Positions 18,742-30,134 of a stretch of 64,000 nt of DNA are shown piece after piece; positions within the stretch are counted from its first letter, which is position 1; each line of letters opens with the position of its first letter. Position numbers and translations under genes: made by a program. The notes under the pieces were generated by a model. That model was not told where the DNA came from, did no database searches, and saw only the letters and a list, made by a program, of their open reading frames with translations. The stretch is from an uncultured Chloroflexia bacterium (lineage in GTDB: Bacteria; Chloroflexota; Limnocylindria; Limnocylindrales; CSP1-4): NCBI GenBank assembly GCA_963752475.1, contig CAVVYR010000007.1:224001-288000 (forward strand), read 5' to 3'.

Positions 18742-19077
18742 ATGAGTTGCCATCACCGCTACTACCCGCATGGCTGCGGCGATTGGCCCGCGCCACCACC
18801 CGACTGGTACGACGCCTATGGCTACCGGCCGAGCCGCTATCGCGATGACGTCGTCGTGCTGCGCGACGAAGGTGACGAGGACTTCGCGGAAGAACGTCCA
18901 CGCCGACGCCGTGGAAGCGGACGAGGACGCTATCGCCGAGCAGGCGACATCGTCACCGAAGAGGCCACGGTAGCGTCGCTGCAGTCCCAGGCTGAGGCAC
19001 TTCGAGATGAGCTGGTCCGGATCGAAGCTGAACTGGCCAAGCTTTCGGCGGAGCCCAGCCAGGCGTCGGATACCTGA
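18742..19077 (+). CDS. Small Cys/His-rich, Arg/Gly-rich, C-terminal coiled-coil protein (DUF5320-like architecture)
   Basis: MSCHH..HGCG N-terminus; SLQSQAEALRDELVRIEAELAKL heptads; GGGGAG RBS, starts 1 nt after the padR stop. Confidence 0.7.
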   Translation: MSCHHRYYPHGCGDWPAPPPDWYDAYGYRPSRYRDDVVVLRDEGDEDFAEERPRRRRGSGRGRYRRAGDIVTEEATVASLQSQAEALRDELVRIEAELAKLSAEPSQASDT

Positions 19078-19309
19078 TCCGAGCTGGAGGCTGCGAGTAG
19101 GACCCTTGGGCGTTAGAACTCGCGGCTGGAAGGCGCGGCCGCCCTGCAGTTGACGCTCTTCGAGGAGCTCGAGCCGACCGCCTGAAGGGTCCACTCACCC
19201 GGCCGCCAGCCCCTGTCTAAGGGGCGCAAGAAGGTCTTGACACAAAGGTGTACTGCGGCGGTACTATATCGCCGCCAAAGCGGGGGGTGAGGAAGAGAGG
19301 AGCACCCAC

Positions 19310-20209
19310 ATGACCCGAGATCGAAGTTGGCTAGCACTACTGAGCCTGACCCTCTCGCTACTGCTTGTAGCACCGCTGACCGTCGCAGCCCAGGAGGATT
19401 CGTTCGACTCTGACGGAGTGCCCATCGCCTACACGGACACCGGTGGTGATGGCGAGCCCGTCGTGCTGATCCACAGCTTCCTCAGCTCCTCGGACATGTG
19501 GACCAACGCCGGGTTCGAGCCGTCCGACGATCTCCGCTTCATCGCGCTCGATCTTCGTGGCCACGGTGACAGCGGGAAGCCAGAGGGCCCCGAGGCCTAC
19601 GGGCTCGAGGTAGTCGAAGACGTGGTTCGTCTCATGGACCACCTGGGGCTCGAGGATGCACACGTCGCCGGCTACTCGATCGGGGCGGAGGTCGCCCTCC
19701 GGCTGGCCGCCGAGCACCCCGAGCGGCTGCGCTCGCTCGTCGTTGCTGGCTCTGGCTGGTCGGATCCGGCCAAGGAAGGCGAAGTGTATTCCGGCGTGGC
19801 CATGGGCCTCGCGGCCAGCCCCACCATCCGCGACCTGGTCATGGCCGGCATGCCGGAGGACATCGAACAGGAGACGCTCGACTTCATGTTCGGGGTGATG
19901 GAGCAGCACGGCATCGACCTCGACTACGACGGCACCACCGGACTCGCCGGCGTGGCCGGATCGATGAGCGAGATCCTCGGCCTGACCGAGGAGGACATGG
20001 CCGCGATCGATGTCCCGGTCCTCGGCCTCGTGAACGAGAACGACAGCGAGCGCCCCAACATCGAGCGCATGGAGGGCGTGGTCCCGGACTTCGAGCTCGT
20101 GCTCATCCCAGCCGGCCCGACGGGCGAGTCCGACCTGGACCACCTGGGAACCACCACCGACCCGCTGTTCAAGAGCAGCATCATCGAGTTCCTGTCCGCG
20201 CAGGCATAG
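19310..20209 (+). CDS. Secreted alpha/beta hydrolase
   Basis: Signal peptide; DLRGHGDS, GYSIG nucleophile elbow, DH near C-terminus; GAGGAG RBS. Confidence 0.9.
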   Translation: MTRDRSWLALLSLTLSLLLVAPLTVAAQEDSFDSDGVPIAYTDTGGDGEPVVLIHSFLSSSDMWTNAGFEPSDDLRFIALDLRGHGDSGKPEGPEAYGLEVVEDVVRLMDHLGLEDAHVAGYSIGAEVALRLAAEHPERLRSLVVAGSGWSDPAKEGEVYSGVAMGLAASPTIRDLVMAGMPEDIEQETLDFMFGVMEQHGIDLDYDGTTGLAGVAGSMSEILGLTEEDMAAIDVPVLGLVNENDSERPNIERMEGVVPDFELVLIPAGPTGESDLDHLGTTTDPLFKSSIIEFLSAQA

Positions 20210-20352
20210 CGCCAGTAGCGGCTCGGCGAGGGCTTCGTGTCCGATGCGACGAGCCGAACCACAAACACCTCGAGGGGTGGCACGCCCGACTCTACAAGCG
20301 CGGACGTGCCCCTCGCGAGGTTGCAGCGACACGATGAAGGGAGGAACGAGCA

Positions 20353-20805
20353 ATGTCAGCTGAGGCGAACAAGGCGCTCGTGCGCCGGTTCATGCAGGCC
20401 TACAACGACCGGGAGATGGACATCTTCGAGGAGTTGGTGGCCGAGGACTACATCGACCACGTCTTCGAACAGACCGGGCGCGACGCCCTCAAGTCGCTGT
20501 TCACGATGGCTTTCGAAGGCTTCCCCGACTGGTACGAGGCCATCGAGGACATCATCGCCGAGGACGACCGGGTGTGGCTCCGCGTCAAGGCCACCGGAAC
20601 GCATACCGGCGACTGGGACCTGCTCGGCGTCAAGCTGCCGGCGACGGGCAAGAGCGTGGAGCTCAACATGGTCTTCATCTGGCGCATCGCCGATGGCCAG
20701 ATCGCCGAAGGCTGGGAACTGGACGACAACATGCCGTTCCTGCAGGCACTCGGCGTGGTGGACTACACCGAGTTCGGCAAGCCCCTCGAGGCGGTCTTCC
20801 GGTAG
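20353..20805 (+). CDS. SnoaL-like ester cyclase family protein
   Basis: EANKALVRRF..FPD..IEDIIAEDDRV..GTHTG..PATGK..RIADGQIAE. Confidence 0.88.
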   Translation: MSAEANKALVRRFMQAYNDREMDIFEELVAEDYIDHVFEQTGRDALKSLFTMAFEGFPDWYEAIEDIIAEDDRVWLRVKATGTHTGDWDLLGVKLPATGKSVELNMVFIWRIADGQIAEGWELDDNMPFLQALGVVDYTEFGKPLEAVFR

Positions 20806-21052
20806 CACGGAGGCGGCGCGAGGCCGATCGCTCGTGACGGGCGGGCGAGTTCAGGTCCTGCCCTGACCGCGTGCACGCAAAGGCCCGAAGTCGCATGTGC
20901 GCGAACCGAGTCCGCGATCCCGATCGGCCGTAGTGCCTGGAACCCCTGGCATCCCATGTCCATCGCTGCGTCAACTTCGTGGGCACAGGGCGTGTCATCT
21001 TGATGTCCAGCTGACACCGCACGGCGATGGACTCGGCGCTCACGCCGGGGGC

Positions 21053-21166
21053 TGTCAACCCCTTTGTCAACCCCTTGGGGGCCGAAAGTGTCGGTTTCTC
21101 TCCTTGTCAACCCCTTTGTCAACCCCTAACATGGAGTTCTAGCGCCTTGTCAAGACTTGACAAGGC
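21053..21166. repeat. Four TGTCAACCCC direct repeats plus a perfect palindrome upstream of dnaG
   Basis: Copies at 21053, 21065, 21105, 21117; GCCTTGTCAAG-A-CTTGACAAGGC at 21144-21166. Confidence 0.8.
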
Positions 21167-21289
21167 CACTGGTATGTCCGCCACATCCTGCGCTGGCGGA
21201 TGAGGACTCGGGGCGGGTCGACCCGCTGGTGAGGGTCGGAACCGGGATTCAGCCGCAAGGCGGACACGAGAGCAAGAGGCATTCCCTAG

Positions 21290-23234
21290 TTGTCAGTCGG
21301 CGTCGCCGCAACCATCAAGGAGAAGCTGGACATCGTCGAGATCGTCGGCGAGACCGTCCAGCTCAAGAAGGCCGGGACCATCTTCAAGGGTCTCTGCCCC
21401 TTCCATGGCGAGAAGACACCCTCGTTCACGGTCACGCCCACGCGTGAGCGTTGGCATTGCTTCGGCTGTGGTCGAGGCGGGGATATCTTCAACTTCGTCA
21501 TGGAGCGGGACGGCGTGGATTTCCCCACGGCGCTTCGGTCGCTGGCGGGGCGAGCCGGCGTGGAGCTCAGCGAGCGCACGACCCGCGAGGATGCTCAGCG
21601 CAAGCGCATCCGTGACGCCCTCGACGGTGCCATCGCCTTCTACCACACGGTCCTGACCAGCCATCCTTCGGGCAAGCCCGCGCTCGACTACCTGCACGAT
21701 CGCGGCTTCACCGACGAGACCATCGAGACGTTCCGCCTCGGCTGGGCGCCAGATGCCTGGGACGCCATGAACACCGCCGTCCGCCGCAAGCGCCAGGTCG
21801 CCGAACAGGACCTCGAAGCTGCCGGTCTCATCAGCCGACGCCGCTCCGGCCGCGGCTTCTACGACCGCTTCCGGGCGCGCGTCATCTTCCCCATCCGCGA
21901 CGCCAGCGGCGGAGCCACGGGCATGACCGGCCGCATCCTCGGCGCGCAGGGCCCGGACACCGGCCCCAAGTACCTCAACACACCCCAGACGCCGCTCTTC
22001 GACAAGGGCCGCACGCTCTTCCTCATCGACAAGGCCAAGACCGCCATCCGCAAGGCCGGCGTGGCCGTCCTCGTGGAGGGCAACACCGACGCGCTGATGG
22101 CCCACCAGTCGGGTTTCGAGAACGTGGTCTGCTCCATGGGCACCGCTCTCACCGCGGGCCAGGTGGAGCTGCTCACGCGCTATGCCCCACGCATCGCGCT
22201 GGCCTATGACGTCGACGCGGCAGGGCAGGGGGCTGCCGCCTTCGGTGCTACCGAGCTGACCGCGCTCGTAGGCGAGATCGAGCGTTCTCCATACCGCGGC
22301 CGACTGACCGATGTCGATGTCGTCCGCCTCCCGGACGACCGAGATCCCGATGAGATCATCCGCGACGATCCCGATACCTGGCGGGCGGCCACCGAGGACC
22401 CCCAGCCGATCATGGAGTTCCTCATCGATCGCGCCGCTAGCCGCCACGACCCGTCCTCGGTGGGTGGCCGAGAGAAGCTCGTGGCGGAGGTGCTGCCCAC
22501 GCTACGCACCATCGGCGACCCCGTCCGTCGCGATGGCTATCTACAGTTGCTGGCCCGCCGCTCGGGCGTAGAGGAGCGCACGCTGCTGGAGGCGCTCCGG
22601 CGCCGCGAGGAGCCGCTCCCCGGTGGCGCTCGCGACCAGGCGCATGTCGGCTCGCGCATCAACCTCGAGGCCGTCATGGCCCAGCCTGACGCGCTCGATC
22701 CTCGCGCGGTGGAGCGTGCCGTCGAGCCCGCCGAGGCCGCACTCCTTCGCCTGCTGATGCGCTACCCCAGCCGCTATCATGCGACCGCCGAGAAGATCGA
22801 CGGTGACCCCTTCGTGACCACTCCGGCTCGCGAGCTCTGGAAGGCCTTCTCCGCGAAGGTCACCCAGGACGGCTCCGACCACTTCGAGCTCAAGGCCTTC
22901 ATCGAGGCCCTCGAGCCGACCACGCGCACGGTGGCGCAGACGCTCATCGCCCAAACCTCTCCGCTGCCCGATGACGAGGCCTATATCCAACAGGCCATCG
23001 ATCAGAGCCTGCTGACCCTGGAGCGGGCGCGACTCGCGGAGCAGATCGAATACACCCGCGCCCGCCTCGCGGAGGCGGAGGCGGCGCATGACGAAGCCGA
23101 GCTCGAACGGCTCCAGCGTGAGGTCCTCGACCTTCAACGCCGCCGGCTCGAGCTCGACCGAGCGGTCGACGATTCGTCGCTGCTCGCCCGAAGACGGATC
23201 AACCCCAAACAAGCGGATCAATTGGAGGTAGCAC

Positions 23235-23245
<11 letters not shown>
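21290..23245 (+). CDS. dnaG: DNA primase
   Basis: [15 protein letters not shown] zinc finger, DRFRAR, KYLNTP, TOPRIM VEG..D and YDVD. Confidence 0.97.
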
Positions 23246-25097
<1,852 letters not shown>

Positions 25098-25457
25098 TCC
25101 TGCTGCGGCCGGTGCCCCTCCGGGCGCCGGCCACCATCCCCGAACGATCCGCTCCGAGGCCGGCCCCTCCCACTGGGCCGGTCTCGCTGTTTCCCGCAGC
25201 CCGGCACCACGTGTGCCGTGACACCCTGCGAAACCGACCACGGGCCACACGCCGTTGGCATGCGCCCCGCCCAGCCCAGCCTCGCCCCGCCCATTTCTGG
25301 TGTGCACCCAGCGTGCAACCTCGAGTCAGCTGCACGCGTTCTGGTCGATCCTGCCCGCGCCGCGCACACTGATGACACTGCTGCTCATCCCGCGTGCGCG
25401 ACCGACACGAATCGGTGCAGCGCGGTCGAGATTGCCCACTCCCGGCACAGCGGCTTC

Positions 25458-26111
25458 CTACAACAGGATGATCGCGTTGCCTCCGGGATCGCGGCCCGCG
25501 GCCAGGCACCTCAGGGCCGTGCCGCCATCGACCGGGAACCCAGCCCGGAAGTCGGCACCCGCAGCGCGAAGGAACGCCCGGTTGTGGCGCGTGTCGGCCA
25601 GCAGGAGGATCACCTGGTCGACGCCGCCGTCACGTTGCTTGGCGTTGAGGCGTCGCTGCAACTCCTGGCTGTCCTGGGCACGTGTCTCTGCCTCCACCCC
25701 GATGCGAACGCCAGGAAGGCGAACCAGCGCGTCCCATGCTCGCTTGTCACCGGGATTCGGAAGCGGCACCTCGGTCGTCCACCGAGCGCCCGCTGCCAGA
25801 TGGACTCGCAACCGCTCGAGCAATCGGACGTGAGCCTCGTCGCGTAGCACTCGGCCACCGGGATATGCCTTGATGCGGAGGTCGAGGCCGACGACCGCGG
25901 CAGCGCGAGCGATGTCGATGACCTTTGTGCCGTGCACCTTTCCGTGCTCCAACCGGCTCCAGGTCGAGTGAGAGATGCCCGCTGCAGCGCCGGCCACCGT
26001 CTGGCTCAGGTCGTGGTTCAGCCTGGCGAGGCGTAGCTCTCGGCCGATCTCAGCAAGGTCTCGGAGCGCCACGCGCTCGGCGCGGTTGGTGTGCTTCTCG
26101 TGGGCGGGCAT
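25458..26111 (-). CDS. XRE-family HTH fused to a PD-(D/E)xK-like domain
   Basis: LRLARL..LSQ..AGISHSTWSRLEHG HTH; TEVP..AWD..IGVEAETR C-domain. Confidence 0.75.
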   Translation of the reverse strand: MPAHEKHTNRAERVALRDLAEIGRELRLARLNHDLSQTVAGAAAGISHSTWSRLEHGKVHGTKVIDIARAAAVVGLDLRIKAYPGGRVLRDEAHVRLLERLRVHLAAGARWTTEVPLPNPGDKRAWDALVRLPGVRIGVEAETRAQDSQELQRRLNAKQRDGGVDQVILLLADTRHNRAFLRAAGADFRAGFPVDGGTALRCLAAGRDPGGNAIILL

Positions 26112-26158
26112 GGTGGCACGGTGCCACCGAACGGCCTACTGCCACTTATGCTCGGCTT

Positions 26159-26794
26159 ATGCCCGACATCCGCTATCCCAGCCACGAGGACCTCACGCGT
26201 TTCACAGCGGATCGCAACGGGTTCATCGGCCGTCTCCTGGACGTCATCGAGCATGACATCGTGCCGCTCACCCGCCGAGGAGTCGAGGAGGGCAACAAGA
26301 TCTTCGGGGGCGCCGTCCTGCGCAAGGATGACCTGAGCACCGTCGTGGCCGTGACCAATCGCGAGACTGCCAACCCGCTGAACCATGGCGAGATCGCCAC
26401 CATCAACGCCTTCTACGACATCCCCGCAGCCGACCGCCCAGCCGCAGCCGACACCATCTTCCTCAGTACCCACGAGCCCTGCCCGCTGTGCCTCGGTGGC
26501 ATCACCTGGGGCGGCTGGGACAACTTCTTCTACCTCTTCAGCTACGAAGACACCATGGACGCGTTCGCCATCCCGCACGACATCCGCCTCAACGAGGAGA
26601 TCTGGCGCGTCGCGAATGGTGAGTACGACCACAAGAACCGCTACTGGTGTGCCTGGCACATCCGACAGCTCATCGCCGACGCGGCCGATCCAGCCCTCCA
26701 GGCCCGGGCCGACCGACTGACCGAGGCCTACGCCGAGCTCAGCGCCACCTATCAGCGGACGAAGGGTACGGGCGCCGAGATCCCGCTGCCCTAG
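26159..26794 (+). CDS. Zn-dependent nucleoside/nucleobase deaminase
   Basis: HGE and EPCPLC motifs; start reassigned to ATG 26159. Confidence 0.88.
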   Translation: MPDIRYPSHEDLTRFTADRNGFIGRLLDVIEHDIVPLTRRGVEEGNKIFGGAVLRKDDLSTVVAVTNRETANPLNHGEIATINAFYDIPAADRPAAADTIFLSTHEPCPLCLGGITWGGWDNFFYLFSYEDTMDAFAIPHDIRLNEEIWRVANGEYDHKNRYWCAWHIRQLIADAADPALQARADRLTEAYAELSATYQRTKGTGAEIPLP

Positions 26795-27477
26795 CCGGCC
26801 GCCTTGATCCGTTCGAGGCTGTCGAGGATGGCGTCGAGCGCAACCTCGAAGTCGGTCCCGATGTCGATCGTGCCGGACGCCGAGAGCCGCGCGATGCCGA
26901 CGAGGTTCGGGAACTCCGACTCGTCGGTCCGATCGACGAACGCCTCGGCCAGCTCCCACTCTCGGTCGCTCGTCTCCGGTGGCCACGCCACCCACGACAC
27001 CTCCTGCAACGTGAAGCCGTAGACGAACGAGTCGAGGGTCAGGTTCGCGCGGTAGGCTCCCAGCTCACTGAAGCCGGCCTCGCGCAGGACCCCCAGCAGC
27101 GAGTCGTAATAGCGCATGCGCACCGGACCCGTACGCACACGTGACTCGGCCAGGGCTGCGGTCCACGGATGACGCAGTAGCACTTCGTGCTGGGCCATCA
27201 CACATCCGCGGAGCACGGCCCGCCAGTCGTCGCCGGGCATCGACCCGGGATCGGCGAACTCCGCGGTGACCGCATCCACGATGCCGTCAAGCAGGTCGTC
27301 CTTGTTGGCCACGTGGTTGTACAGCGACATCGCCTCCACGCCCAGCGCGCTCCCGAGCCGACGCATCGAAAGCGCTTCCAGCCCGTCGCGGTCGGCCAGT
27401 TCCACCGCGGCCTGGAGCACACGCTCACGGCTCAGCGGCTTGCGGGTCTTGCTCGGTCGCTTCCTGGTCGTAGCCAT
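26791..27477 (-). CDS. TetR family regulator with TetR_C domain
   Basis: LSRERVLQAA..LSMRRLG..LGVEAMSLYNHVANKDDLL. Confidence 0.93.
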   Translation of the reverse strand: MATTRKRPSKTRKPLSRERVLQAAVELADRDGLEALSMRRLGSALGVEAMSLYNHVANKDDLLDGIVDAVTAEFADPGSMPGDDWRAVLRGCVMAQHEVLLRHPWTAALAESRVRTGPVRMRYYDSLLGVLREAGFSELGAYRANLTLDSFVYGFTLQEVSWVAWPPETSDREWELAEAFVDRTDESEFPNLVGIARLSASGTIDIGTDFEVALDAILDSLERIKAAG

Positions 27478-27499
27478 CGCCCCCTCGCGAGATTCGGTG

Positions 27500-27565
27500 T
27501 TGACAGACTTACAGTGTAGACGATACGGTACTTACATCGTACACTTACGTTGTACGTACATCGTA
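27500..27565. promoter_or_regulatory. Promoter (TTGACA-N18-TACGGT) with four TAC-N3-GTA operator cores
   Basis: TACAGTGTA 27510, TACATCGTA 27533, TACGTTGTA 27546, TACATCGTA 27557 between divergent tetR and MDR genes. Confidence 0.75.
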
Positions 27566-27580
27566 CCACGAGGGACAGTC

Positions 27581-28534
27581 ATGAAGGCCATCATCAGAGA
27601 CCGCTTCGGTAGCCCGGACGTGCTCGAGCTTCGAGACGTCGAACGGCCAACGATCGAGCGTGACGAGATGCTCGTCCGCGTCCACGCCTCCACCGTCGCC
27701 ATCGGCGACTGGTTCTGGCTCACGGGCACGCCGCGCATCATGCGCATGGCATCGGGCATCTTCCGCCCGCGCGACCCGATCCTCGGGCGCGACGTGGCCG
27801 GCGTCGTCGAAGCCACAGGCAACGGCGTCACCGACTTCGTACCGGGCGACCAGGTCTTCGGCGAGATCCCCAACGGCGCGCACGCCGAGTACATCGCCGC
27901 TCCGGCCGAGCTCTTCGCTCGCAAGCCGGCCGAGCTTTCGTTCGAGGAAGCCGCCGCCGTTCCGATCGCCGGCGTGACCGCGCTACAGGGACTGCGCGAC
28001 AGCGGCCGCATCAAGCCCGGCCAGCGCGTGCTCATCAATGGCGCTTCGGGTGCCGTCGGCACCTTCGCGGTCCAGATCGCCAAGTCCTATGGCGCGGACG
28101 TCACTGCCGTCTGCGGTACCGACAGCGCTGATCTCGTGCGCGAGCTCGGAGCCGATCACGTCATCGACTACCGGACGACGGACTTCACGGCCGGCACGGA
28201 GCGCTACGACCTCATCTTCGACCTCGCCGGCAGCCAGCCCATCGGCCGCTGCCGCAAGGTCCTCACGCCGACCGGCATATACGTCGCCTCGACCAGCAAC
28301 CTCAGCGTGCTGCTGCGCGCGGTGCTGGCCTCGTTGGTGTCTGGCGGCCAGGTGGTCATGCACTCGGCCAAGGAGTCCCAGGCCGACCTCGAGTTCCTGT
28401 GCGGCCTCATCGAGAAGGGCGCCATCACCCCCGTCATCGACCGCCGCTACGAGCTGGCCCAGGTCCCTGACGCCTTCCGGGACCAGGGTGCCGGTCACGC
28501 CCGCGGTCGGAAGGTCATCACCGTCGCCGCCTGA
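27581..28534 (+). CDS. Zn-independent MDR-family NAD(P)-dependent oxidoreductase
   Basis: MKAII..LGRDVAG..INGASGAVG..VIDRRY..RGRKVI. Confidence 0.92.
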   Translation: MKAIIRDRFGSPDVLELRDVERPTIERDEMLVRVHASTVAIGDWFWLTGTPRIMRMASGIFRPRDPILGRDVAGVVEATGNGVTDFVPGDQVFGEIPNGAHAEYIAAPAELFARKPAELSFEEAAAVPIAGVTALQGLRDSGRIKPGQRVLINGASGAVGTFAVQIAKSYGADVTAVCGTDSADLVRELGADHVIDYRTTDFTAGTERYDLIFDLAGSQPIGRCRKVLTPTGIYVASTSNLSVLLRAVLASLVSGGQVVMHSAKESQADLEFLCGLIEKGAITPVIDRRYELAQVPDAFRDQGAGHARGRKVITVAA

Positions 28535-28563
28535 GCGGCCGAAACGCAGAGAGGAGCCCCACC

Positions 28564-29556
28564 ATGAAGGCTGTCACCTACCACCGCTACGGCGCGCCCG
28601 ATGTCGTCGGCATCGAGGAAGTCCCGACCCCCAGCCCCGTCGAGGGCGAGATCCTCATCCGCATCCACGCCGGCGTCGTGACCCCGTCCGACGGCGCTGC
28701 GCGCAAGGGCGAACCCTTCCTCATCCGCCTCATGGGTGGCATCCGGCGCCCCAGGCAGCCCATCCTCGGCTCCGAGATCGCCGGCGAGGTCGCCGCGGTC
28801 GGGGGAGCGGTCACTCGCTTCAAGGTGGGCGACCGAGTGATGGCGGCGACCGGCGACACCTACGGTGGTCATGCCGAGTACGTGGTCCTGGCCGAAGACG
28901 CCGCGGTCGAGCACATGCCCAAGGGTGCGACCTGGGAGCAGGGCGTGGCCCTGGCCGAGGGACCCGCGACGGCGATGCCGTTCCTGCGCGACCACGGGCA
29001 CGTCCAGCCCGGCATGCATGTGCTCATCAACGGTGGCTCGGGCTCGGTCGGATCGGCGGCCATCCAGCTGGCCAAGCACCTCGGCGCCGAGGTCACCGGC
29101 GTCGCCAGCACCCCCAATCTGACCTTGATGCGCGAGCTCGGCGCCGACCACGTGGTCGACTACACGCAGGCTGACTTCACCGCCGTGCGCGACCGCTACG
29201 ACGTGGTCTTCGATGTCGCCGGGAAGTCGAGCTTCGGTGCCGTCAAGGGCGCGCTCCGTGATGGCGGGGTCTACCTCGATACCTACCCTTCGCTGAACAC
29301 CGTCTGGCACCAGCTGGTGACGTCGCGACTCGGCTCGAAGAAAGCCGTCTTCGCCGCGACCGGACTGCGCAAGCCCGAGCAGAAGCGGCCCGATCTGGAG
29401 CTCTTCCGCGAACTCTTCGAGTCCGGTGGCCTCACGGCGGTCATCGACCGCACCTTCCCGATGGAGCAGGCGGCACAGGCGCACGCCTACGTCGACACCG
29501 GCCACAAGACCGGCAACGTCGTCCTCCACTTGTCCGGCGAGGGGAGCGGTGCCTAG
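28564..29556 (+). CDS. Zn-independent MDR-family NAD(P)-dependent oxidoreductase (tandem paralog)
   Basis: MKAV..LGSEIAG..INGGSGSVG..GHKTGNVVL. Confidence 0.92.
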   Translation: MKAVTYHRYGAPDVVGIEEVPTPSPVEGEILIRIHAGVVTPSDGAARKGEPFLIRLMGGIRRPRQPILGSEIAGEVAAVGGAVTRFKVGDRVMAATGDTYGGHAEYVVLAEDAAVEHMPKGATWEQGVALAEGPATAMPFLRDHGHVQPGMHVLINGGSGSVGSAAIQLAKHLGAEVTGVASTPNLTLMRELGADHVVDYTQADFTAVRDRYDVVFDVAGKSSFGAVKGALRDGGVYLDTYPSLNTVWHQLVTSRLGSKKAVFAATGLRKPEQKRPDLELFRELFESGGLTAVIDRTFPMEQAAQAHAYVDTGHKTGNVVLHLSGEGSGA

Positions 29557-30132
29557 TCAGCTCTCGGCGTAGATGTCCGCCGTGGGCCGCTCGCGCTCGT
29601 CATCGTCGGCGGAGAACATCTCCGCTTCCTTCCAGCCGAAGAGCGGCCGAAGGAGCGCGCCAGGGATCGTCGTGATGGCCACGTTGTACTGGAACACCTG
29701 GTTGTTGAAGAGCTCTCGGCGTCGTGCGATGAGCGTCTCCAGTCGCTCGATCTCCTCCTGCAGCGCCATCACGTTCGCGTGCGACTTGAGCTCGGGGTAG
29801 TTCTCGACGGTCGCGAACAGCGAGCGGACGGCTGACGTGGTCTCCTCCGAAACCACCGCCTTGTCGTGGATCGAGGCTTCGGGCTCGTACGCCGCGCGCG
29901 CCTGCGTGACCCGCTCCAGCACCTGCTCTTCGAAGGCCATCACGCCGCGGACCGCGGCCACCAGGTTGGGCAGCTGGTCGTGGCGCTGCGTGAGCGCGAC
30001 ATCGATGTTGGCCCAGGCCCGCCGGCAGCGTCGCTGAAGCGAGATGACGTTGTTGTAGGTCACGACGGCAAGGAAGGCGGCGAGCACGATCGCCAGCACG
30101 ACCCCCACCGTCACCGCCAACTGCATCGCCAT
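29557..30132 (-). CDS. lemA: LemA family protein
   Basis: TM helix then YN..AWANIDVAL.QR...PNLV, ENYPELK, RRELFN. Confidence 0.92.
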   Translation of the reverse strand: MAMQLAVTVGVVLAIVLAAFLAVVTYNNVISLQRRCRRAWANIDVALTQRHDQLPNLVAAVRGVMAFEEQVLERVTQARAAYEPEASIHDKAVVSEETTSAVRSLFATVENYPELKSHANVMALQEEIERLETLIARRRELFNNQVFQYNVAITTIPGALLRPLFGWKEAEMFSADDDERERPTADIYAES

Positions 30133-30134
30133 CG

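Noticed and set aside
19237-19267. MerR-type promoter (TTGACA-N19-TACTAT)
   Set aside because: The spacer is 19 bp but has only a weak dyad, and no merR gene is nearby.
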